Positions 9,648 to 19,043 of a stretch of DNA of 64,000 nt are shown here, in pieces. A program made the translations under genes and the position numbers. The notes below the pieces were generated by a model. It was not told where the DNA came from. It was given only the letters and a program-made list of their open reading frames with translations, and searched no databases. Within the stretch, counting starts at the first letter, position 1. The number at the start of each line of letters is the position of its first letter. The DNA comes from Methylophilaceae bacterium (lineage in GTDB: Bacteria; Pseudomonadota; Gammaproteobacteria; Burkholderiales; Methylophilaceae), in assembly GCA_039933015.1 (NCBI GenBank), contig JBDTOX010000163.1, positions 14,064-78,063 on the forward strand, written 5' to 3'.

Positions 9648-10880
9648 TCAACGCAGGTTGACCAGCGTCTGCAATACCTGGTCCTGGGTTTTGATGGTTT
9701 GCGCATTGGCCTGGTAATACCGTTGTGCGGTAATCATGTTCACCAGTTCAGCCGTAAGGTCGACATTCGAGTCTTCCACCGCCGAAGACTGCAGCACGCC
9801 CAGCGTGCCGGTGCCTGGTGTACCCACCAATACCGCCCCTGAGTCTGCCGTCTCGGCCCAGGCGTTATTGCCCAGTGACATCAAGCCATTCGGATTGGCA
9901 AAACTGGCGAGCACGACCTGGCCTAATGTTGATGACTGGCCATTGGTATAGCGGCCAAAAATGGTGCCATCAGCGCTAAAATCAAAGCTGGATAGCCGCC
10001 CCGAGGTATAGCCATCTTGCGACAGACTACTGACGCTAAAAGCGGAGCCAAACTGGGTAGCACCAGAAAAATCCAGCGCAATGGAAACCGCGGTTGCGCC
10101 AGCAGGAGTAAAGTTCACGGTTGGAGCCGCCGGCGTAACCGTAGGCTGCACGCCTGTTCCGCTAAACGTGAACTGTGCCGTTGCTACTGGAGCAGCGGGT
10201 GGCGTATAGGCGGTAGGAGTGCTGTCTACAGTGGTGTAGACATACCATTGGCCTGCCGCAGTTTTCAGGAAGAACGCTTGCAGCGTATGGGAGTTACCCA
10301 GGCTATCAAAAACTGAGACTGAGGTGGAATGGCTATACGTTGTAGGATCGGCCGGATTAAAACTCGCAGGAGTTAACGCAGCATCACCCGCATCCAGGTT
10401 CATTAGACCGACTACACTTTGAGTAGCAGCAGGTGCTAAATCAGAAGTATTAATACTCAATTCTACCGGGCTGCCCGTGGAAAGCTGTCCTTGCGCATTT
10501 ACGCCATAACCTGTCAGGCGCTTGCCTTCAGCATTCATGACATGGCCGGTCTTATCCAGCTGAAACTGGCCATTACGCGAATAAGTCACGCTGCCGTTAT
10601 TGCTCATGCGAAAAAAACCGCCGCCATTAATCGCAATATCCAGGGAGTTGTTGGAGCTGGTGATATTGCCCTGGCTGAACTGCTGCTGCACCTTGGAAAC
10701 CTTGGTACCGATACCAGTCTGGGAAGCACCGCCGCCACTCAGAGAATTAGCATAAACATCGGCAAAATGTGTTTGTGATTGCTTGAATCCCACCGTATTC
10801 GCGTTTGAAACGTTGTTGCCGATGACTTCAAGACTTTTAGATGCCGCGTTAAGTCCACTTAAGCCTTGCTGGAAACTCAT
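9648..10880 (-). CDS. flgE: Flagellar hook protein FlgE
   Basis: 410 aa. N-terminus MSFQQGLSGLNAASKSLEVIGNNVSNANTVGFKQS and C-terminus EDSNVDLTAELVNMITAQRYYQANAQTIKTQDQVLQTLVNLR. Confidence 0.94.
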   Translation of the reverse strand: MSFQQGLSGLNAASKSLEVIGNNVSNANTVGFKQSQTHFADVYANSLSGGGASQTGIGTKVSKVQQQFSQGNITSSNNSLDIAINGGGFFRMSNNGSVTYSRNGQFQLDKTGHVMNAEGKRLTGYGVNAQGQLSTGSPVELSINTSDLAPAATQSVVGLMNLDAGDAALTPASFNPADPTTYSHSTSVSVFDSLGNSHTLQAFFLKTAAGQWYVYTTVDSTPTAYTPPAAPVATAQFTFSGTGVQPTVTPAAPTVNFTPAGATAVSIALDFSGATQFGSAFSVSSLSQDGYTSGRLSSFDFSADGTIFGRYTNGQSSTLGQVVLASFANPNGLMSLGNNAWAETADSGAVLVGTPGTGTLGVLQSSAVEDSNVDLTAELVNMITAQRYYQANAQTIKTQDQVLQTLVNLR

Positions 10881-10947
10881 ACCGTTCTCCTTAAATGCCG
10901 TATTGAATAAAACTTACCGTACCGGAGCCACACATACCGGGCTGCAA

Positions 10948-11619
10948 CTATAGAATTTCCTTGATATCAGCTAGGCTATACCTACCCAAGTCGTTGCTCA
11001 GGTTCAGCGTAACGCCTGTCGTGCCATTCGATACACTGGAAACTTGCCCTAGGCTCAAGGTCGTGGCTGTCAGCGTCTGACCGGCAGCCAAAGCCTTCAC
11101 TGCAATCTTGTAGCTGCCAGCGGCGGCATCCGTGCCCGCATCGGTCCTGCCATCCCATTGCAGGTAAGATATCCCTGCAGGTAAAGCACCCAGCGCCACT
11201 TCGCGCACTGTATTTCCGCTTGCATCCAGCACGCTAGCCGTGACGCTGTTAGCGGCGCTGGGCAGGCTAATGCCGAATGGTGCCACGCCGCCGGATAGCT
11301 GTATCTTGCTGCCATCCACCAGCACATTGTGTCCAATCATGCTGGTTGCCTGCAGGGATTGGCTGGATTGCACGTTGCTGATCAGTGATGCCAGCGATGT
11401 GTTCAATTTGTCGATGCCCGTTACCGTGGAGAGTTGCGCCAACTGGCTGGTAACCTGGGCATTGTCGAGCGGATTAAGCGGATCCTGATTTTTCATTTGC
11501 GTTACCAGTAGCGTCATGAAGCGGTTCTGCGCATCATCCACGCCCGTCGCTGCGGCACTCTTGGACGTATTCATGGTACTCAAGAGTGGTGCAGATACCT
11601 GGTTTTGTACGGTACTCAT
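10948..11619 (-). CDS. flgD: Flagellar hook capping/assembly protein FlgD
   Basis: ORF track gives 10948..11646. I prefer the ATG at 11619 (AAGGGA 8 nt upstream). Contains the motif FMTLLVTQMKNQDPLNPLDNAQVTSQLAQLSTV. Confidence 0.9.
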   Translation of the reverse strand: MSTVQNQVSAPLLSTMNTSKSAAATGVDDAQNRFMTLLVTQMKNQDPLNPLDNAQVTSQLAQLSTVTGIDKLNTSLASLISNVQSSQSLQATSMIGHNVLVDGSKIQLSGGVAPFGISLPSAANSVTASVLDASGNTVREVALGALPAGISYLQWDGRTDAGTDAAAGSYKIAVKALAAGQTLTATTLSLGQVSSVSNGTTGVTLNLSNDLGRYSLADIKEIL

Positions 11620-11665
11620 GTTTATTTCCCTTCTCGCGATTACCATTAGTTACTAGGGCGTTAAT

Positions 11666-12070
11666 TTACTGTCCGATAGTGAGTGTTTTCATCAGCAAGG
11701 TTTTGGCGGTGTTCATGGTTTCTACATTGTTCTGGTAAGCACGCGATGCAGAAATCATATTGACCATTTCCTCGGTCACATTGACATTGGGCATGGTTAC
11801 GTAGCCTTTTTCATCAGCCAGCGGGTGCTTGGGGTCATACACCATTTTGGGAGGTGCGGTGTCTTCAATCACCTGCTTCACCCGGACTCCGCTGACATCC
11901 TCACCATGCATCGGCACGGCACTAAAAACTACCTGCTTGGCTTTGTAAGGCTGACCATTTGCGCTGGTCGTACTATCTGCATTGGCAAGGTTGCTGGCTA
12001 CCACATTCAGCCGTTGCGCATGCGCGCTCATGGCTGATCCGGCAATATTGAATACGTTGAATAAAGACAT
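11666..12070 (-). CDS. flgC: Flagellar basal-body rod protein FlgC
   Basis: 134 aa. Contains [17 protein letters not shown] and a C-terminus [34 protein letters not shown]. Confidence 0.94.
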   Translation of the reverse strand: MSLFNVFNIAGSAMSAHAQRLNVVASNLANADSTTSANGQPYKAKQVVFSAVPMHGEDVSGVRVKQVIEDTAPPKMVYDPKHPLADEKGYVTMPNVNVTEEMVNMISASRAYQNNVETMNTAKTLLMKTLTIGQ

Positions 12071-12088
12071 CGTGAGTTCCTTGAACGA

Positions 12089-12505
12089 TTACCCTTGAAT
12101 AGCTGCCATTAATTTCTTGATCTGGCCATTAATCATGATCAAGCTGGCTTCATAACGAACTGCGTTATCGGCAAACTGATTGCGCTCGACATCCATATCC
12201 ACAGTATTGCCATCCACACTCGCTTGCTGGATAGTGCGATATTGAATTTGGCCAGGCTGGCCGCTGCCCTGCCTGGCCGCCACACCCGCATCCAGATGGC
12301 GGGCGGCAGTTTTATTGAGTTCAGGTGCAGCTTGACTATTGCCTGCCATGGCCGCATGCAGTGCCGCACTGAAATCAACGTCCCTGGCTTTATAATTAGG
12401 GGTGTCTGCATTGGCGATATTGGCTGCAATCAGCTCCTGGCGCTGAGCACGGATACTCAATGCGGCCTGATGAAAACTTAGCGCAGCGTCCAATTTATCT
12501 ATCAC
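12089..12505 (-). CDS. flgB: Flagellar basal-body rod protein FlgB
   Basis: 138 aa. GTG start with AAAGGAG 7 nt upstream. Contains LSIRAQRQELIAANIANADTPNYKARDVDF. Confidence 0.93.
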   Translation of the reverse strand: MIDKLDAALSFHQAALSIRAQRQELIAANIANADTPNYKARDVDFSAALHAAMAGNSQAAPELNKTAARHLDAGVAARQGSGQPGQIQYRTIQQASVDGNTVDMDVERNQFADNAVRYEASLIMINGQIKKLMAAIQG

Positions 12506-12694
12506 GTTTGACTCCTTTACTGATGGCTCTGTTACTTATGGCCTAGGCTTTATCGCTAAAGAAAATTCGCTTTAAACCGTAATTGACGTAGGCAAGTGTA
12601 GGAGTCAACCCAAACATTCAATCAGTGGATTAGCGCGGTAAAAACTCGACTTTTCCGAGTTTTGCTGGTCAGGCACGTCAGTAAAATGCAATGA

Positions 12695-12710
12695 GGCAAT
12701 TTTCCCTCCA
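12695..12710 (-). promoter_or_regulatory. Weak candidate sigma-54 (-24/-12) promoter upstream of flgB
   Basis: Minus strand reads TGGAGGGAAAATTGCC, which has GG-N10-GC spacing with TGG and TTGC as in TGGCAC-N5-TTGC. It lies about 190 nt upstream of the flgB start, which implies a long leader. Only a partial consensus match. Confidence 0.25.
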
Positions 12711-12786
12711 CTAAAATGAATGCGCCATGGCGAAACTCAACATAGCGGAATGCACCATACCAAAACGCAGCATACACAGCGTGACC

Positions 12787-13503
12787 ATGCGCCGTGTCGC
12801 GACCCTGCTTTTAGCGGGCATTGCGCTCCACCTGCTGAGCGCAACCGTGCATGCCCAGCCTTCTTCTGCAGAGTTCGCACGCCAGGACCAGAAAGTCATA
12901 CGCCAGAAAGTTGAAGAGTTTCTGCTGACGCAAAACATGGGCTCGCCGGGTGAAGTCAAGGTCAGCGCAGGAAAAATAGACAGCCGCGTCAATCTGCCAC
13001 AATGTGCATCACTGGAAGCTTTCCTGCCCACAGGCAGCCGCGCCTGGGGCAAAACTACGGTCGGCGTACGCTGCGCCTATCCTGGCGCATGGACCATCTA
13101 TGTGCAGGCCACGGTCTCTATCGTGGCGGACTATTTAGTGGCAGCACATCCTCTGCCGCAAGGCCGCATGATCGGACCGGAAGATGTGTTTGCGGTAAAA
13201 GGCGACCTGACTACCCTGCCTCCCGGTATCTTTACTAACGCATCACAGGCTATCGGCCGCACGGTAGGCATATCGCTCACGGCCGGCAGCGTGCTGCGCC
13301 GCGATATGTTGCGTGAGCAACTAGCGGTGCAACAAGGCCAAACAGTGCGCCTGCTTACTAGCGGCCATGGCTTCCGTATCAGCAGCGAAGGTTATGCGCT
13401 GGCAAATGCAAGTGATGGCCAGGTAGTGCAAGCCAGAGCGTCAAATGGGCAAGTAGTCGCGGGTATAGCCAGAAATGGCGGGCAAATTGAAGTCAGTTAT
13501 TGA
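12787..13503 (+). CDS. flgA: Flagellar P-ring assembly chaperone FlgA
   Basis: ORF track gives 12727..13503. The ATG at 12787 yields a signal peptide MRRVATLLLAGIALHLLSATVHA. C-terminal SAF-like region (GQTVRLL..DGQVVQARASNGQVVAGIA). Divergent from flgB. Confidence 0.88.
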   Translation: MRRVATLLLAGIALHLLSATVHAQPSSAEFARQDQKVIRQKVEEFLLTQNMGSPGEVKVSAGKIDSRVNLPQCASLEAFLPTGSRAWGKTTVGVRCAYPGAWTIYVQATVSIVADYLVAAHPLPQGRMIGPEDVFAVKGDLTTLPPGIFTNASQAIGRTVGISLTAGSVLRRDMLREQLAVQQGQTVRLLTSGHGFRISSEGYALANASDGQVVQARASNGQVVAGIARNGGQIEVSY

Positions 13504-13551
13504 TATGCCCGGCCACTGGCAATGTATTGGGCTGCATTGATTTATTGGTGT

Positions 13552-13578
13552 TAAAGTTTTTCAATATGCTGTCGTTAT
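13552..13578 (+). promoter_or_regulatory. Candidate sigma-28 (FliA) promoter for flgMN
   Basis: TAAAGTTT (13552..13559), an 11-nt spacer, then GTCGTTAT (13571..13578). The -35 is perfect and the -10 matches GCCGATAA at 5 of 8 positions. It lies about 50 nt upstream of the flgM ATG. Confidence 0.5.
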
Positions 13579-13629
13579 AAGTGCATAACATCATGCAGCA
13601 CTATTCAAGAATTTTGTAGGAGTTTGACC

Positions 13630-13935
13630 ATGAAAATCGATGACGCACTCAAACAGGTCAGCGCCATTACGACAGGCAGCCAGGAGACAAAATCCTCCAA
13701 GACTGCCAACAAAGCCAGCAGTGGCTCAGCAGCAGAGAATGTCACGCTTTCGCCTGCATCTTCCCAATTACGGGCGCTGGCAAGCAATCTTGGCAGCGAG
13801 AGCGTTTTTGACGAGATCAAAGTAGCCGAAATCAAATCGGCTATTGCTGGCGGGGAGTTCAAGGTAAATACCGACAAAGTAGCCGAGGGCTTGATCAACT
13901 CGGTAAAAGAATTGCTCACGGCACAAAAACCCTGA
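13630..13935 (+). CDS. flgM: Anti-sigma-28 factor FlgM
   Basis: ATG at 13630 with AGGAG 8 nt upstream (ORF track starts at TTG 13624). About 101 aa. C-terminus VFDEIKVAEIKSAIAGGEFKVNTDKVAEGLI is typical of the FlgM sigma-28-binding region. Confidence 0.9.
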   Translation: MKIDDALKQVSAITTGSQETKSSKTANKASSGSAAENVTLSPASSQLRALASNLGSESVFDEIKVAEIKSAIAGGEFKVNTDKVAEGLINSVKELLTAQKP

Positions 13936-13990
13936 AACCAAAACCTCTGAAATTAAAAAATCAGCAAAAAACTCTATAAAAGCCATCTAC

Positions 13991-14446
13991 ATGACGACGT
14001 TGAATTTAAGTGAGGAATCCAGGACTGTCGAACAGCTCGCCGCAGTGATGCTGAAAGAACAGGACGATCTCATCAAAGCCAACATTGAGAACATACCAAG
14101 CCTGCTGGAAGAAAAGTCCCAACTGTTACAACAGCTCAGCCAACTTGCCTATCAACGCTATCAGCAACTGGCAGGATTGGGGTTCGAAGCCAGTGAGCAG
14201 GGCATGCAAGCGTGGGCTAAATCAAACAAGGATCCATTACTGGATTCTGCATGGGAAAAATTACGCCGGTCCCTGGAAAGAACGCGTGAACTGAATCGCC
14301 TGAATGGCCTGCTCATCAATAAGTACTTAACACGCAATCAGCAGACCCTGCAGGCTCTGCAGGAAAATTCCGGCACACCCAACCTTTACGGCCCTAACGG
14401 CCAGACTACCTCGCATAGCCAGCTACGCAGTCACATCATAGGCTAA
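13991..14446 (+). CDS. flgN: Flagellar export chaperone FlgN family
   Basis: 151 aa and Q/L-rich, helical in composition (LLEEKSQLLQQLSQLAYQRYQQL). Lies directly after flgM, as in enterobacterial and pseudomonad clusters. Confidence 0.75.
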   Translation: MTTLNLSEESRTVEQLAAVMLKEQDDLIKANIENIPSLLEEKSQLLQQLSQLAYQRYQQLAGLGFEASEQGMQAWAKSNKDPLLDSAWEKLRRSLERTRELNRLNGLLINKYLTRNQQTLQALQENSGTPNLYGPNGQTTSHSQLRSHIIG

Positions 14447-14602
14447 GCCCTTCCCGCAATCCTGCTGATGACCGCTTCTGCGGCCTGATTGCATAAGTTC
14501 CGTACCTCCTTCGCCTGCCACCAAGTCACGACCCAGATTAGCCAGAGCGCATCTTTGCGTTACACGCGCTGTCGCAACACAAGCGCGTCACAAATATAAA
14601 TG

Positions 14603-14631
14603 TTGACCAAATTATTTTCATATGGTAAGAA
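14603..14631 (+). promoter_or_regulatory. Possible sigma-70 promoter for the 14675 ORF
   Basis: TTGACC (14603..14608), 17 nt, then TAAGAA (14626..14631), about 45 nt upstream of the ATG at 14675. The -10 is poor. Confidence 0.25.
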
Positions 14632-14674
14632 ACAAGAGGGGCTTGGTAATTTTTACCCTGTGGAGGAAAACATT

Positions 14675-15193
14675 ATGAGACGTAAATTAGAGTTCATGTT
14701 TCCGGATGTCAAAACCGCCCGCCATGCATGGAAAGAGATGCTACTCGCTTGTATAGAGGATAAGCATATTCATTTTCTGGCAAAACCCGGCACCAACCTT
14801 GGCAAGCTACACCCGGCAAATATCCTGGAAAGAACCGACACTATTCACGAAGGAGAGTGGGGTGTTCTGATCGGGGCTGGGCTGGGACTATTGGCAGGTA
14901 TGCTGGCGCTGGCCTTCCCGCCTTGGTACACGAGCCTGCACTGGAGCGGCATTCTGGCCATCACCACGGCTTTTGGAGCAATCGCCGGAGCTATAGGTAT
15001 GGCGTTGCTGGGGGTCAATCTATCCAACTCGGATTTGGATGCCCTTCAGGACAGGATAGCGCAAGGTGAGGTATTGATGATTGTGTCAGTGCCATTCCAT
15101 CGGGTGAAGGAAATCCGCCAGATTGTCGATAGGCTGCATCTGCATGCTCAGTATTATGGTGTTTGGCCTGCCAAGCACCCGGTATTTCCATAG
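14675..15193 (+). CDS. Hypothetical membrane protein, DUF1269-like (soluble N- and C-terminal modules flanking Gly-zipper TM segments)
   Basis: ORF track gives 14600..15193. The ATG at 14675 has GGAGG 7 nt upstream. The centre, GVLIGAGLGLLAGMLALAF...ITTAFGAIAGAIGMALLG, has glycine-zipper TM character. No catalytic motif recognised. Confidence 0.6.
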   Translation: MRRKLEFMFPDVKTARHAWKEMLLACIEDKHIHFLAKPGTNLGKLHPANILERTDTIHEGEWGVLIGAGLGLLAGMLALAFPPWYTSLHWSGILAITTAFGAIAGAIGMALLGVNLSNSDLDALQDRIAQGEVLMIVSVPFHRVKEIRQIVDRLHLHAQYYGVWPAKHPVFP

Positions 15194-15211
15194 CAGGATT
15201 GGCTTTGACGA

Positions 15212-15252
15212 GAAGTCAAAGGCATACAGCGTTGCGGTATGCCTTTGACTTC
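15212..15252. terminator. Perfect 16-bp stem hairpin between convergent genes (likely bidirectional terminator)
   Basis: GAAGTCAAAGGCATAC (15212..15227), loop AGCGTTGCG, then GTATGCCTTTGACTTC (15237..15252). It lies between the 14675 ORF (+) and coxC (-). There is no strong U-tract on either side. Confidence 0.55.
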
Positions 15253-15360
15253 ATTCTCGTTAAATAAGCCACCTTTACCGCACAAGTGCTTTGGGTGCTG
15301 GTATCGCCCCGAGTTTTTCCACAAACAGCCCCCCCGTTTATGCTCTGAGTTGCGCTGGCA

Positions 15361-16197
15361 TTAAAGCCAATAAACAAATACAAACAATATCAGCCACACC
15401 ACATCCACAAAGTGCCAATACCACGATACCGCCGCAAATGCGAAATGCTCTTGTTGTTCGGGCGCGAAGTGCCCGGCAAGGACGCGCAGCAGAATCACGC
15501 TAAGCATAATGATGCCCAGCGTGACATGTAGCCCATGAAAGCCGGTGAGCATAAAGAAAGTAGTGCCATAAATGCCGGTATGCAGGCTGAAATCGGCTGA
15601 CATGTACTCGTACGCTTGCAACCCGGTAAAGGTAATGCCAAGCAGAATGGTCAGCACGAGCCCGAGCTTGAGCTGCATGCGGTTATTTTTTATCAAGCCC
15701 CAGTGCGCCCAGGTTACTGTTGCGCCAGAACTTAGCAGAATCAACGTGTTAATGGCAGGAATACCCCATGCCGCCATCGGCGTGAACGCAGTATGCGCGC
15801 CGGGGCCAGCGGTCGGCCAGGTGGCAACGTAGTCCGGCCATAACAAAGGGGTATTGCCCAGCCAAGGCACGGCGATGTTACGCGCATAGAACAGTGCGCC
15901 AAAGAAGGCCGCAAAAAACATCACTTCAGAAAAAATGAACCAGCCCATGCCCCAGCGGTAAGAGCGGTCAACCTGAAGATTGAAGTGACCACTCAGACTC
16001 TCGCGAATCACCGCGCCAAACCAGCCAAACAGCATGCCGACCAGGATCAGCGCTCCAACCATCATAAGATAAGGCCCAGACTTGAAATGGTTCAATAGCA
16101 GCACGAACCCGCCAGCCAGGAAGAGTAGCGCAATTGAACCGATAATCGGCCAGTAGGATGGTGCTGGCAGATAATAGTGTTGTGCATGCGTTTTCAT
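15361..16197 (-). CDS. coxC: Cytochrome c oxidase (aa3-type) subunit III
   Basis: ORF track gives 15361..16326. The ATG at 16197 (MKTHAQHYYLP..) lies 20 nt after the coxA stop. Seven-TM CoxC features are present (WYWHFVDVVWLILFVFVYW at the C-terminus). Confidence 0.9.
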   Translation of the reverse strand: MKTHAQHYYLPAPSYWPIIGSIALLFLAGGFVLLLNHFKSGPYLMMVGALILVGMLFGWFGAVIRESLSGHFNLQVDRSYRWGMGWFIFSEVMFFAAFFGALFYARNIAVPWLGNTPLLWPDYVATWPTAGPGAHTAFTPMAAWGIPAINTLILLSSGATVTWAHWGLIKNNRMQLKLGLVLTILLGITFTGLQAYEYMSADFSLHTGIYGTTFFMLTGFHGLHVTLGIIMLSVILLRVLAGHFAPEQQEHFAFAAVSWYWHFVDVVWLILFVFVYWL

Positions 16198-16216
16198 GAA
16201 TGTTCCCCTTATTATC

Positions 16217-17809
16217 TTATTTGACCACCGGTGCGGTTTCAAAGGTGTGATAGGGCGGTGGCGAAGCCAGTGTCCATTCCAGCGTATCTGCACCCTCCCA
16301 CGGCTTATTGCCGGCCTTGGCACCACCGCGGATACACTTGATCACCACATAGAGGAACAGCAACTGGCTGCCACCGAGGACAAAAGCGCCAATCGAGGAA
16401 ATCATATTGAAATTGGCAAACTGCAGCGCATAGTCCGGGATGCGACGCGGCATGCCGGCCAGCCCGGTAAAGTGCATGGGGAAAAAGGTCACGTTGAAGG
16501 CGATGGTGGTCAGCCAGAAATGCCATTGACCCAGCCGCTCATCATACATATGCCCGGTCCACTTCGGCAGCCAGTAATAGACTCCAGCCATGATGGACAT
16601 CGCAGCGCCGGAAAACAGCACGTAATGGAAATGCGCCACCACGTAATAAGTATCCTGCAACTGTATATCCACCGGCACGATGGCCAGCACCAGACCACTA
16701 AAGCCGCCGATGGTGAACAGGCACACCACTGCGACAGAAAACAGCATGGGGGTCTCAAACGTAAGCGAACCACGCCACATCGTCGCCACCCAATTGAATA
16801 CCTTAACCCCGGTCGGTACCGCGATTAGCATGGTGGTATACATAAAGAACAACTGACCCGCCACCGGCATGCCTACCGTGAACATGTGGTGCGCCCACAC
16901 CACGAACGACAGCAGGGCGATTGAAGCGGTGGCATAGACCATGGCGTGATAACCGAACAGCGGCTTGCGCGAGAAGGTCGGGATAATAGTGGAGAGAATG
17001 CCAAACGCCGGCAGAATCATGATGTAAACCTCGGGGTGGCCGAAAAACCAGAACAGGTGCTGGAACATGACCGGGTCGCCGCCGCCCGCCGCATTAAAGA
17101 AAGAGGTGCCGAAGTGGCGGTCGGTGAGTAGCATGGTCAGCGCCCCGGCCAGCACCGGCATGGCCGCGAGCAGCAGGAAGGCAGTGATGAGCCAGGTCCA
17201 CACAAACATCGGCATTTTCATCATGGTCATGCCGGGGGCGCGCATGTTGATGATGGTAGTAATGATATTGATCGAGCCAATAATGGATGACAGCCCCAGA
17301 ACATGCAGGGCGAGGATGGTCATATCATAGGCGATGCCGCCCTGGATGAAGAGCGGCGGGTACATTGTCCAGCCGCCCGCAGCGGACCCGCCAGGCACGA
17401 GCAGGGAAGATATCAGTAGTGTAAAACCCACCGGCAGCAGCCAGAAACTCCAGTTGTTAAGCCGAGGGAATGCCATATCCGGCGCGCCTATCATCAGCGG
17501 CACCTGCCAGTTGGCGAAACCCACGAAGGCCGGCATGATGGCACCAAAAATCATGATCAAGCCGTGCAAGGTGGTGAACTGGTTAAACAGCGCCGGCTGT
17601 AGAAACTGCAAGCCCGGCTGGAACAGTTCTGCGCGGATCAGCATGGCCAGCGCCCCGGCGAATAGGAACATCAGGAAGCTAAGCCACAGATAGAGGGTGC
17701 CAATGTCCTTGTGGTTGGTAGTCGTCACCCATCGTAACATGCCGCGGGGATGAGCCCATCCTGCAGGATGGGCTGATTCATGAGTGGCGTGCACAGTTTC
17801 GGTAGCCAT
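16217..17809 (-). CDS. coxA: Cytochrome c oxidase subunit I
   Basis: 530 aa. Heme-copper oxidase motifs are present: [25 protein letters not shown] and VVAHFHYV. Confidence 0.95.
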   Translation of the reverse strand: MATETVHATHESAHPAGWAHPRGMLRWVTTTNHKDIGTLYLWLSFLMFLFAGALAMLIRAELFQPGLQFLQPALFNQFTTLHGLIMIFGAIMPAFVGFANWQVPLMIGAPDMAFPRLNNWSFWLLPVGFTLLISSLLVPGGSAAGGWTMYPPLFIQGGIAYDMTILALHVLGLSSIIGSINIITTIINMRAPGMTMMKMPMFVWTWLITAFLLLAAMPVLAGALTMLLTDRHFGTSFFNAAGGGDPVMFQHLFWFFGHPEVYIMILPAFGILSTIIPTFSRKPLFGYHAMVYATASIALLSFVVWAHHMFTVGMPVAGQLFFMYTTMLIAVPTGVKVFNWVATMWRGSLTFETPMLFSVAVVCLFTIGGFSGLVLAIVPVDIQLQDTYYVVAHFHYVLFSGAAMSIMAGVYYWLPKWTGHMYDERLGQWHFWLTTIAFNVTFFPMHFTGLAGMPRRIPDYALQFANFNMISSIGAFVLGGSQLLFLYVVIKCIRGGAKAGNKPWEGADTLEWTLASPPPYHTFETAPVVK

Positions 17810-17849
17810 TGCTGTCTCCTTATGCAGTTTTACTTCTTGTTTGCACTAT

Positions 17850-19031
17850 TTATTTACGCAGCGCTTTAACTTCCAGCGGCTGAATCACATCACCGGTCTG
17901 GTTGCCCCAACTATTGCGCTCGTAGGTAATGACGGCAGCGATATCCAGATCGGATAATTGCTTAATAAAGGCCTGCATGGCGCTACCTGGGATGCCATGC
18001 ATGACAATGTCGAGATGGTGCTCCTTGCTTCCAAGCACAATCTTGCCGTCTTTCCAGAAGCCGCGTTCAGCCAGGGGGGCCGTCATCTGTTCAGGGGCCG
18101 CAAAATCGGCACCGCCAATCAATGGTGGAAAAGCTCCAGCCAGGCCGCGGCCGTCAGCCTGATGACACATGGCGCAGTTGGCTGCGTATATCTGCGCGCC
18201 ACGCGCCTTCAGCTCTGCAAGCGTGTAGGTTTTGCTGGCCGCCTCAGCCGCCGCCACAACACTGGCTTTCTGCTCTTGCAGCCAAACGGCATACTTCGCT
18301 GGAGGCAGCGCCTCCACCACGATAGGCATGAAGCCATGGCCTACGCCGCACAGTTCGGCGCACTGGCCACGATAAGTGCCAGGGTTATCGACGCGGATCC
18401 ATGCCTCTTTAATAAAACCGGGAATAGCATCCTGCTTGACACCAAACTGTGGTACCCACCAAGAGTGGATTACATCATCAGCAGTGACCAGCAGCCGGAC
18501 TTTCTTGCCAGTGGGCACCACCAGCGGGCGATCGGTTTCCAGCAGGTAGTGCGCCTCCTTTGCCACCTGGTTATTTATCTGCGACTGCGGGGTCGACAGG
18601 CTGCTGATGTAGCGCACCCCTTCACCCATGTACTCATATTCCCATTTCCATTGATGGCCAGTAATCTTGATACTCATATCCGAGGCGCTGGTGTCCTTCA
18701 TGTCCAGAATCACTTTGGTGGCCGGATACGCCATACCGGCCAGTATCAGGAACGGAATAATGGACCAGACGATCTCCAGCGTCTTGTGCTCATGGAACTG
18801 CGCGGCTTGATGTCCCTGAGACTTGCGGTGTTTGTAGAGCGAATAGAACATGATCCCGAAGACAATGACGAAAATCACCACACACACCAGCAAAATCAGC
18901 GTGTGCAGGTCATAAATCTGTCGGGCTGTTATAGTTGCCGGTAGCTGCAGGTTGTAAAGATTGTCAGGGGAACTATTGCCTGACCGCAGACACAAAAAGA
19001 TCCCCGACGCGTGAAACAGAAACTTTCCCAT
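17850..19031 (-). CDS. coxB: Cytochrome c oxidase subunit II with C-terminal cytochrome c domain
   Basis: 393 aa. CuA site HSWWVP...CAELCGVGHGFM. C-terminal mono-heme domain CAMCHQADG...GSAMQAF. Confidence 0.93.
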   Translation of the reverse strand: MGKFLFHASGIFLCLRSGNSSPDNLYNLQLPATITARQIYDLHTLILLVCVVIFVIVFGIMFYSLYKHRKSQGHQAAQFHEHKTLEIVWSIIPFLILAGMAYPATKVILDMKDTSASDMSIKITGHQWKWEYEYMGEGVRYISSLSTPQSQINNQVAKEAHYLLETDRPLVVPTGKKVRLLVTADDVIHSWWVPQFGVKQDAIPGFIKEAWIRVDNPGTYRGQCAELCGVGHGFMPIVVEALPPAKYAVWLQEQKASVVAAAEAASKTYTLAELKARGAQIYAANCAMCHQADGRGLAGAFPPLIGGADFAAPEQMTAPLAERGFWKDGKIVLGSKEHHLDIVMHGIPGSAMQAFIKQLSDLDIAAVITYERNSWGNQTGDVIQPLEVKALRK

Positions 19032-19043
19032 ATGACCGCCCTT

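Noticed and set aside
8940-9842. A long 300-aa ORF on the + strand. Similar long ORFs lie at 3527..4276, 16196..16828, 17958..18944, 19546..20091, 25536..26258, 26988..27563 and 37588..38208.
   Set aside because: All of them lie antisense to strongly supported genes (flgF/flgE, flgK, coxA, coxB, motD, flhA, flhB, the GGDEF-EAL gene). Their products are low-complexity and Arg/His/Gly-rich with no recognisable motifs. They are typical shadow ORFs of moderately GC-rich coding DNA.
12549-12573. A sigma-28-like sequence TAAAGCGA..AGCGATAA on the minus strand, about 50 nt upstream of flgB.
   Set aside because: The spacing between the TAAAG and CGATAA cores is 2 nt shorter than in the TAAAGTTT-N11-GCCGATAA consensus, and the -35 matches only 5 of 8 positions. 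flgB operons are usually early genes, not FliA-dependent. Support is insufficient.
16198-16326. N-terminal extensions in the ORF track: coxC to 16326, ACR3 from 51091, arsR to 51272, flhB to 27490, flgA from 12727, and the porin to 41989.
   Set aside because: The extensions overlap neighbouring genes or their stop codons, lack RBS-like sequences, and encode non-homologous basic or low-complexity peptides. Internal ATGs with RBS give N-termini that match the families.
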